A stretch of 64,000 bases of DNA from the human T2T-CHM13v2.0 reference genome, Homo sapiens, in the NCBI RefSeq assembly GCF_009914755.1, contig NC_060925.1; one strand, 5' to 3'. How positions within the stretch are numbered: position 1 is the stretch's first letter; every line of letters begins with the position of its first letter. Positions 51,708 to 64,000 of this stretch are shown here, in pieces. A program made the position numbers and the translations under genes. Under the pieces are notes generated by a model. The model ran no database searches. It was given only the letters and a program-made list of their open reading frames with translations, and had not been told where the DNA came from.

Positions 51708-54256
51708 TGGAGGCCAACAACCTCCTAGTACCAAAACCTGGCAGAGATACAACAGGAAAAGAAAACTTCAGGCCAATATCTGTGATGAACATCAGTGCAA
51801 AAATCCTCACCAAAATACTGGCAAACTGAATCCCACAGCACATCAAAAAGCTCATCAACCACGATCAAGTAGGTTTTATCCCTGGGATGCAAGGTTGGTT
51901 CAACATATGCCAATCAATAAATGTGATTCCTTACATAAACAGAGCTAAAGACAAAACCACATGATAATCTCAGTAGATGCAGAAAAGGCTTTTGATCAAA
52001 TTCAACATCCATTCATGTTAAAAACTCTCAATAAACTAAGTATTAAAGAAACATACCTCAAAATAATAAGAGCCATATATGATAATTCCACAGCCAACAT
52101 CATAATGAATGGGCAAAAGCTGGAAGCATTTCCCTTGAAAACTGGCACAGAACAAAGATGCCCTCTCTCACCACTCCTATTCAACATGGTATTGGAAGTC
52201 CTGGCCAGGGCAATCAGGCAAGAGAAAGAAAGGGCATCAACACCACTGAAAGAAATAGATAGGAAGAGAGAAAGTCAAACTATCCTTGTTTGCAGATGAC
52301 ATGATCCTATAGCTTGGAAAATCCCACAGTCTCAGTCCAAAAGCTTCTTAAGGTGATAAACAATTTCAGGAAAGCATCAGGATACAAAATCAATGTGCAA
52401 AAATCACTAGCATTCCTATACAGCAACAACAGTCAAGCAGAGAGCCAAATCAGGAATGCAATCCCATTCACAATTGCCACACACACACACAAAATAATAA
52501 AATACCTAGGAATACAGCTAACTAGGGAGGTGAAAGATCTCAACAAGGAGAACTACAAAACTCTGTTCAAAGAAATCAGAGATGACACAAACAAATGCAA
52601 AAACATTCCATGCTTATGAATAGAGAGAATCAATACAGTAAAAATGACCTGCCTAAAGCAATTTATAGATTCAATGCTATTCCTATTAAACTACCATTGA
52701 GACTCTTCACAGAACTAGAAAAATCTACTTTAAAATTCATATGGAACCAAAAAAGAATCTGAATAGCCAAGACAATCCTAAGCAAAAAGAACAAAGCTGG
52801 AGGCATCATGCTACTCTGCTTCAAACTATACTACAGGGCTACAGTAACCAAAACAGCGTGGCACTGGTACAAAAACAGACCCATAGACCAAAGGAACAGA
52901 ACAGAGATCCCAGAAATAGGACCACACACCTACAACTATCTGATCTTTGACAAAACTGACAAAAACAAGCAATGGGAAAAAGACTCCATATTCAATAAAT
53001 GGTGCTGGGATAACTGGCTAGCCATATGCAAAAGATTAAAACTGGACCCCTTTTTTAACACAATATACAAAAATTAACTCAAGATGGATTAAAGACTTAA
53101 ATGTAAAACCCAAAACTATAAAAACCCTGGAAGACAACCTAAGCAATACCATTTAGGACATAGGCACAGGCAAAGATTTCATGACAAAGATGACAAAAGC
53201 AATTGCAACAAAAGCAAATATTGACAAATGGGATCTAATTAAACTAAAGAATTCTGCACAGCAGAAGAAACTATTAACAGAGTAAACAGACAACCCATAG
53301 AATGGGAGAAAATTTTTGCAAACTATGCATCTGACAAAGGTCTAATATTCAGCATCTATAAGGAACTTGAAAAAATTTACAAGAAAAAACAAACAACCCC
53401 ATTAGAAAGTAGGCAAAGGACATGAACAGACCCTTTCAAAAGAAGCCATACATGTGGCTGACAATTATATGAAAAAAAGCTCAACACCACTGATATTAGA
53501 GAAATGTGCATCAAAACCACAGTGTGATACCATCTCAGACGAGTCAGGATGGCTATTATTAAAAAGTCAAAAAAATAACAGATGCTGGCAAGGTTGTGGA
53601 GAAAAAGGAACACTTATGCACTGCTGGTGGGAGTGTAAATTAGTTCAACCATTGTGGAAGACAGTGTGGCAATTCCTCAAAGAACTAAAGACAAAAATAC
53701 CATTTAACTCAGCAATCCCATTACCAGTTATATGCCCAAAGGAATATAAACTCTTCTATTATAAGGACACATACACCTGTATGTTCATTGCAGGACTATT
53801 CATGATAGCAAAGACATGGAATCAACCTGAATGCCCATCAATAATAGACTGGATAAAGAAAATGTGGTACATATACACCACAGAATACCATGCAGCCATA
53901 AAAAGGAGCTAGATCATGTCCTTTGTAGGGACATGGATGGAGCTGTAGGCCATTATCCTTAGCAAACTAACATGGGAACAAAAAACCAAATACTGCATCT
54001 TCTAACTTATAAGTGGGAGCTAAATAATGAGAACACATGGACACAAAGAGAGGAACAGCAGACACTGGGGCCTATTGGAGGGTGGATGGTGGGAGGAGGG
54101 AGAGGATCAGGAAAAGTAACTAATGGGTACTAGGCTTAATACCTGGGTGATTACATAATGTATAAACTCCCGTGACACGAGTTTACCTATGTAACAAACC
54201 TGCACGTGTACCTCTGAACTTAAAATAAAAGGTTTTTTTTCTCTTTTTAAAAAAAA
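51708..54256 (+). mobile_element. 5'-truncated L1PA13-16-type LINE-1 (disrupted ORF2 RT/C-terminus plus 3'UTR)
   Basis: ORF fragments [27 protein letters not shown] codons at 52289-52300, HCWWECKLVQPLWK; 3'UTR GGATCAGGAAAA.TAACTAATGGGTACTAGGCTTAATACC; TSD GAAAATAGGA. Confidence 0.95.
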
Positions 54257-55080
54257 GAAAATAGGAGGCTCCAGATGACAAGTGAATATGCAGGGGTCTT
54301 TCTGTGCATAGTTTCAGGGCTTTTGAAGATTCCCTAAGTCCCATAAGCATATGTGCATGTGAAAAAATTGCCCAAGATAAGAAGAACCACCCCAGAGCAC
54401 AAGAGGGAACCGTACTCGACACTCACACAGAACACTCACACAGAACTCAACAGAGCCTATTCTCACCTGTCAGTTGAAAAACCTCATAACTCATGGGGCA
54501 CTGGGGAGAGTACTCAAAAGAGTCTTGCTTCAACAGTGGGAATAATTATCCCTTTACAAAATGCAGCTCTCGTCACTCCTAACAAATCTAAGAAGCAAGA
54601 CTTGAAATGACGGAACTGTTTTCCAGCAATTTAATTGTGTCCCAGAACAAAGATCAAACATTTTAATAAAAATACAAAAATAGGCAGCACCCAATAAAGT
54701 CAAATTCACAATGTCTGGCATTTGATAAAAAATTACCAAGCATTTAAAGAAGCAGGAAAATGCAACCCCAAAATGAGGAGAAAAGTCAATCAAAACCAAC
54801 CGAGAACTGACACTGAGGTTCGAATTAGCAGACAAAAAACATTCAAAAAGTTATTATAACTGTATTCTATTTGTTAAAGAAAAATGAGAGGAAAGATTGA
54901 ACAGGTTAAGTGGAATCAGAGAAGATATCAAAAAGACCCAAATAAAAAATCTATTAAAATGTCAACATCTGAGATGAACAATAAACTGGGTGGGAATAAT
55001 AGCTGACTAGATATTGTAGGAGAAAGGACCAGTGGACTTGAAGATATATCAATAAAAATTATCCAAAATGAACCACAGAA

Positions 55081-55388
<308 letters not shown>

Positions 55389-55896
55389 CCAAAATGAGCC
55401 ACAGAGAAAAAAGATATTCAATTAAAAAAATGAACAAAGCATCATTGATCTGTGGGACAAGTTCAAGCAGCCTAATACGTAGGTAAATGGAGTTTCCAAA
55501 GGAGAGGAGAGAAAGGGGGTAAGGGAAAGCAAAAAATCATTGGAAAGAAAAATACTCAAACAAAAAAATGACTGTATTTTTAAAAATTTGAGCCAAGACT
55601 TTCACTGAACTCCAAGCACAGAAGCATGAGGAAAGCTACACCAAGTTACACCATAATCAGATTGCTCAAAACCAATGGGAAAGAGAAAATCTTAAAAAGA
55701 GCCAGAGGAAAAAAAGACACAGTGTATGAAGGAACAAAGTAAAGATGACAGCAGATTTCCAATGGAAAACAATGCAAGTGAGAAGACAGTGGAGCAACAT
55801 CTTTAAAGTATTAGAAAAATAAAAAACTATTGATCTAGAATTCTATACCCAGAAAAAATATCTTTTAAAAGAGAAGGTAAAATAAACACTTTTTCA

Positions 55897-56198
<302 letters not shown>

Positions 56199-56407
56199 TC
56201 AGACATACAAAAGCCAAAATAATTCACTATCAGCAGACTCACACAGTAAGAAGTGTTCAAGAAAGTTCTTTAGGCAGAAGAAAAAATGGTATCGTGTGGG
56301 ATATGAAATTACACAGAAGAATGAAGAGCACCTGACATGATCACTCTAAAGATTAAAAATGCAAACTTTTTTCTTATTATTTAAATCTCTTTAAAAGATA
56401 ATTGACT

Positions 56408-57258
56408 ACTTACGCCTGTTAGAATGGCTGTTAACCAAAAAGTTGAAAGAGAACAATTGTTGGTGAGGATGTAGAGAAAATGGAATCTTGTACATGATTG
56501 GTAGGTATGTAAACTAGTATAGCCATTATGGAAAACAATATAGAGATTCTTCAAAAAACTAAAAATAAAGCTACCATATGATCCAGCAATTCCACTTCTG
56601 AGAACATAGCCAAAAGAATTGAAATCATTGAAGAGACATCTCCATTCCCTGTTCATTGCAGCGTTATTCACAATTCATTATTGCAGATGAGATACGGAAT
56701 AAATCCAAGTGTCCATCAGTGAATGAATGATAAAGAAAACGTGGTATATAAACACAATGGAATACTATTCAGCCTTTAAAAATAGGAAAATCCTGTCATT
56801 TGCAACAACATGGAGGAAACTGGGAGGCCTTCTGCTAAGTGAAATAAGCCAGGTACAGAAAGACAAATACTGCATGATATCACTTATATGTGGAATCTAA
56901 AATAACTGAACTCATAGAATCAGAGAGTTCAATGGTGGTTACCAAAGGCTGGGGTGGGAGGGCAGGAAATGGGGAAATATTGGTCAAAATGTACAAAGTT
57001 TCCATTAGACTAGAGGAATAAGTTTTGGAGAACTGTTATACAGCATGGACTATAGCTAATAATCCTGCATTATATATTTGAAAATTGCCAAGAGAATAGA
57101 TTGTAAATGACCTCATCACAAAAATAAGTATGTGAGGCAATGAATATATTAGCTTGAATTAATCATTTCACTATATATATACACACACATATATTTAAAA
57201 AATCATATTGTACCCTATAAACATATACAATTATTGTTTGTTAATTTTTTAAAAAATC
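56408..57258 (+). mobile_element. L1MA-type 3' fragment nested in the L1M
   Basis: GAAATAAGCCAGGTACAGAAAGACAAATACTGCATG...GAAAATTGCCAAGAGAATAGATT; AGATA.Y.GACT at both flanks. Confidence 0.88.
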
Positions 57259-57353
57259 TAAGAGATATCGGACTAAACAAAATCAATAACAAGGTAATGA
57301 GGAATTTATAGTATACATAGAGGTAAAATGTATGAAAATAGCACAAATGCTGA

Positions 57354-57673
<320 letters not shown>

Positions 57674-60600
57674 TGAAAGAATACCATTTTAGGGTTCTTA
57701 TACTATTTGTGAAATGGTATAATATTCCTTGAAGGTAGAATGATAAGTTAAATATGCATGCTATAGACCTTAAAGCAGGGACCAAGATAGCAAAACAAAC
57801 AGTTGTAGCTAACAAGCAAATAAAGAAGAGAAAATGAAATTAATTAATCCAAAAAGAGGGGGAAAATAGAGGAGAAAGGGAACAAAGAACGAATGGGACA
57901 ATTAGAAAACAAATACTGAGATACTAGATTTGAACCTAACTATATCAATAATAGCATTAAATATAAATGATCTGAACATCTCCATTGAAAGATAGAGATG
58001 TTAGGTTGGATGAAACAGTAAGACCCAACTATATGCTGCCTATAAGAAACTGACTTTAAATATGGGGACACAAATAGGTTAAAAGTAAAATTATAGAAAA
58101 ATATATATCATGTTAATACTAATAAAAAGAAAGCTGCAATGGCTATATTAATGCCATACAAAGTATATTTCAAAGCAAATAATTTGACAATGGATAAATA
58201 AAGTCATTTCATAATAATAAAGAAGTCAATTCAACAAAAGGACATAACAATTCTAAGTATATATGCACCTTATAAAGAGGTTAAAGTAGAAGAAACAGAA
58301 ACTGATAGAATTCCAAGGAGAAACAGACAAATCCACAGTTATAATCAGAGATTTCTATACTCCTCTTTCAAGAATTGATAGGACTAGTGGAAAAAAATCA
58401 GTGAGCATACAGAAAGTCTGAACAGAATTATCAACCAACTTGATCTAATTGATATTCATAGAACACACCACTCAAAACAGCAAAATACATATTCTTTTCA
58501 AGTATACATGAAATGGTTGCAAGATAGACTATAGTCTCAATATAGTCTCAATAAATTTAAAATGATTCAAGTCATACAAAGAATGTTCACTGACCATGAT
58601 GGAATTAAATTGGAAATCAATAAGAGAAAGATCTCCAGAAAAATCACCCAAACACTTGGAAATGTAATAACACACTTCTAAATAACTCAAGGATCAAGGA
58701 AGAAATTAAAAGGGAAATTAGAAAATATTTTAATGGAATGAAATTAAACACACAACATATCAAAATTTGTGGCATGCTGATAGAGCAGTTCTTAGGTGGA
58801 AATTTGCAGCACTAATATGTTATTAGAAAAGGAAAAAAGTTCCCAAATCCTGGACCTCAGCTTCCACCTAAAGAAACTAGAGAAACGGGAGCAGAATAAA
58901 ACCAAAGGAAGCAGAAGAAAGGAAATAATAAAACTCAGAGAGGAAATAAATGAAATAGAAAGCAGAAAAACCTGAGAAAAATCAGTAAACCCAAAAGCTG
59001 GTTATTGAGAAGATCAATAAAATTGATAAGCGTCTAGTCACACTAGTCAAAAAAGAGGGAAGATACAAATTACAATACCAAGAATGAGAGGTGGCATTAC
59101 TACAAATTCTATGGATACTAAAGAGACAATAAAGGAAAAATATGAATAACTTTGGGCTAATAATTCCATGAGTTAAAAAAATAGACAAATTCCTTGAAAG
59201 ATGTTAGCTACCAATGGTCACTCAAAAAGAAATAAATAAGAAATAGATGTAAATCCATATCTATTAAAGAAATTGAATTATACCTAGAAAACTTCTCTCA
59301 AAGGAAACCTCAGGCTTCACTGGTGAATTCTACCAAATATTTAAGAAAGAATAATATCGATTCTGCACAATCTTTTCCAGAAAACTGAAGAGGAGGGAAT
59401 ACTCCCCTACTCATACTATGAAGCCAGCGTCACCCGTATACCTAAATCAGAAAATTACAAGAAAGAACACTACAACTAATACCCCTCATAAACATAGATG
59501 TAAAAATTCATAACAAAATTTTATCAAATTGGATCCAATAACATATCAAAAGGATGATACATCATAACCAGGTAGGATTTATTCCAGGAATGCAAATTTG
59601 GCTTAACATTGAAAATTAATCAATGTAATTCACTCTGTTAACAAACTAGGATCAGGAATAAGACAAGGATGTCTGCTCTCACCACTTCTATTCAACACTG
59701 TACTGGAAGTCCTCACGAGAGCAATGAGGGAAAAATAAATAAATAAATAAATAAATGGCATTCCGATTAGAATGAAAGAAGTAAATCTGTTGCAGATGAC
59801 ATAATCTTGTGCGTAGAAAAACTAATTTGCACTGTAATTTATTACTGAGTTTAGCAAGATTGCAGGATACAAGATTAACATTCAAAATTCAATTCTATTT
59901 CTGTGTATTATCAATGAACAATACAGAAACTGAAAATTTTAAAAACAACATTCACATCAGCATCAAAAGACATGAAAACACTGAAACACAGTGCAAACGC
60001 TGAAAAATGATGTGCAAAACGTGCACACTGAAAATTATGAAACATTGCCGAAGTGCAAGAAAACCTAAATGAATGGAGAGGTATACTATGTTCATGAGTT
60101 AGAAGACTCAACATTGTTAAGATGTCAGCTCTCCCCAGATTAACCCATAGAGTCAATGTAATCCAATCAAAATCCCAGTCTTTTGTGTAAGACTGATAAG
60201 CTGATTCTAAGAGTTGCATGAAATGCAAAGGACCTAGAATAGTCAAAGCAACCCTGAAAAACCGTGAAGTGGGAGGACTTAACACTCCCTGATATCAAGA
60301 CTTAGCATAAAGCTACAGTAACCAACACTGTGTGGCATGGGCTTAATGATAGACACATAGATCAATGGAATACAAAAGGAAATCCAGAAATAGATACACA
60401 TGTGTATGGACAACTGATGTTTGACAAAGATGCAAATGCAATTCAGTGGAGAAAGAACAGTTTTTTTATGGAATGGTGCTGAAACAATTGAATATCTACT
60501 TGCAAAAACAAAGAAAGAAAGACCTATCTATACTTTATACTATATTTTAAAAATGAGCTCAAAATGGATCATAGATCTAAATGTAAAATCTAAATCTATG

Positions 60601-60980
60601 AAATTCCTAGAAGAAAACGTTGGAGAAAATCCTTATGACCTTGGGTTAGGCAAATATTTCTTAGCTGCAACACCGAAAGCATGGCTCATAAAAGAGGTGG
60701 ATAAATTGGACTTTATTAAAAATTAAAAAAACCCACTTGTACTATTCAAAAGACAATGTTAAGAGAATGAAAATACAAGCCACATAATAGGAGGAAATTT
60801 TTTCAAATCCTGTATCTGATAAAGGACTTATATCCAAAATACGTAAGGAACTCTCAAAAACTCAAATAAGAGAGCGCCCAACTTATTTTTTTAAATGGGC
60901 GAGATTTGAAGTCATTTCACCAAATCACATATTCGGATGGTAAATAATCATGTGAAAAGATGTTTGATAGAAAACATGTC

Positions 60981-61166
60981 GGGGTTGGCTGGGGGAAGTG
61001 AGAGCATCAGGAAGAATAGCTAATGGATGCTAAACTTAACACCCAGGTGATGGGTTGATCTATGCAGCAAACCACCATGGCACATGTTTACCTATGTAAC
61101 AAACCTGCACATCCTGCACATGTAGCCCAGAACTTAAAATAAAAGTTGAAGGGGAAAAAAAAAAAG
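60981..61166 (+). mobile_element. Short L1PA8-11-type 3'UTR insertion
   Basis: GAGAGCATCAGGAAGAATAGCTAATGGATGC...CAAACCACCATGGCAC; TSD AGAAAACATGTC. Confidence 0.9.
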
Positions 61167-61177
61167 AAAACATGTCA

Positions 61178-61389
61178 GTCTTGGCAACAATAGTGAGACC
61201 TCTTCTCTACAAAAAATAAAACAATTAGCTGGCTGTGGTGGCATACACCAGTAGTCCCAGCTACTTGGGAGGCTGAGAGAGGAGGATTGCTTGAGCCTAG
61301 GAGGTCCAAGCTGCAGTAAGCCATGATGGCACCGCTGCACTCCCACCTGGGTGACAGAGTGAGACCCTGTCTCACACACACAAAAAAGT
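61178..61389 (+). mobile_element. 5'-truncated AluJ
   Basis: End of left arm plus right arm; TSD AAAACATGTCA. Confidence 0.9.
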
Positions 61390-62100
61390 AAAACATGTCA
61401 CTAGAAAAATGCAAATTAAAGCACAAGGAGATACCTATCATTACACATCTATTAGAATGGCTGGTATTTGAAAGACTGATCATAGCAGGTGTTGGTGCTG
61501 AGTGTGGGGAATGACTGGGTCTCTTATGTGCTGCTGGTGGGCATGGAAGCTGGTACAAACATTTTGGAAAAGAGTTTGGCAATTTCTAACAAAGTTAAAC
61601 ATACACGTACCACATAACCCATGAGGAAAAAAAAGCATGTGTCCCATCTATTCATACAAAGACTTGTACACAAATATTCATAGCAGACTTATTTGTAATA
61701 GCCCCAAACTGGAATCAACCAAATGTCCTTCAGCTGGTGATTGATGAACAAATTATGGTATATTCATGCAATGGAGCAATAAGAAGGAACACGCTCTAAC
61801 ATATGAGACTGCGTAGATACATAGCAATATAATTAGGCAGAGTGAAAAAACCATCAGTAAATACTGTATGGTTGCTTTTATATGAAATTCTAGAAAATGC
61901 AAACTAATCTTTAGTAACAGAAAGCAGACCAGTGGTTGCCTGGAGAAGAGGGTGGGTTGGAGGAAGGAAAAATTACAAAGAGTCTCTTTTGCTTGTAGTG
62001 TTGGTTTCACAGGTGCATCCACGTGTCAAAACGCATCTAACTGTACAAGCTTACTGTAGCTCAGTAGAGCTGTTTTAATTTTTATCTTAAAAAAAAATTT

Positions 62101-62523
<423 letters not shown>

Positions 62524-62619
62524 AAAGCTGTTTGTAAAAGCCACGTACACTTATTGGTTACTTGCTATTCACAAACTATTACTTATTATTAATAAAAACC
62601 TTTTTTGGAACCACAGACA

Positions 62620-63500
<881 letters not shown>

Positions 63501-64000
63501 TCAATGGACCATGCTCCTAGAAAGAGGGACCATAAGTCAGTTAGCATTTTCCGTGGATCTACCATGTGCCTTTTGCCTCAGAAGTCAGAAAGTCCAGGAG
63601 CCTGCTTTATCCTACTCCCCCAGTGGGCTAATACCTGAATGGCCCCCAGCACCATGCCTGGCACACAATTGGCATTACGAAATGTCACTTGTGATTATCA
63701 GGTTGTGGGAGGAGATTGAGACAGGCTTTTCAGAAAGAAGCATATGAGCTAGGCTTGGAAGGGTTATTAGTATATTCTAGAACCTTTATAGTTGAAAACT
63801 GTGATATCTAGAGGAAGCCAGAGGGAACAGTAGGCTGTGAGTTCGCTGAGAGCATGGTCTCTGTGTCTCTTGTTAGCCTCCATCTGCAGGGCCTGACACA
63901 ACATCTATATGTTTGTTGAATGAATACATGACAGAAGGAAGGAACAAATGAATAAATGTGTCTGGGGCAGAGCCAGACGCAGACCTTCCTTTTCTTTTTT

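Noticed and set aside
51961-53912. ORFs with reverse-transcriptase-like peptides
   Set aside because: Frameshifted, stop-containing LINE-1 ORF2 remnants, not a novel RT system

Overview
Primate (very likely human) non-coding genomic DNA, either intergenic or deep intronic. I found no credible protein-coding exon, RNA gene or CRISPR array. The ORF track is explained by GC-rich noise, microsatellites, Alu and decayed L1 ORF2. Bases ~1-44 kb are GC-rich and dense in ancient MIR/L2 fragments, hAT DNA-transposon relics (MER20, MER58A, MER96B) and TG/CATT/CCAT microsatellites. Several non-repetitive AT-rich or CpG-retaining islands here look like enhancers (~1.5, 9.7, 22, 24.9, 37.5, 39 kb). Bases ~45-50 kb hold nested MaLR/ERVL LTRs. 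Bases ~51.7-62.5 kb form an L1 block: a truncated L1PA plus a long ancient L1M carrying younger inserts. The most unusual structure is (i) three separate 67-184 bp direct 'doublet' duplications whose copies lie 1.07-1.46 kb apart, one with template-switch junction features; (ii) three sites where successive retroelements re-used the same target site; (iii) an E-box (CAGGTG) minisatellite; and (iv) a head-to-head Alu pair 27 bp apart. Repeat family names come from my recall of consensus sequences, not from a search. The locus could not be identified, and nothing here demonstrates a new biological system.
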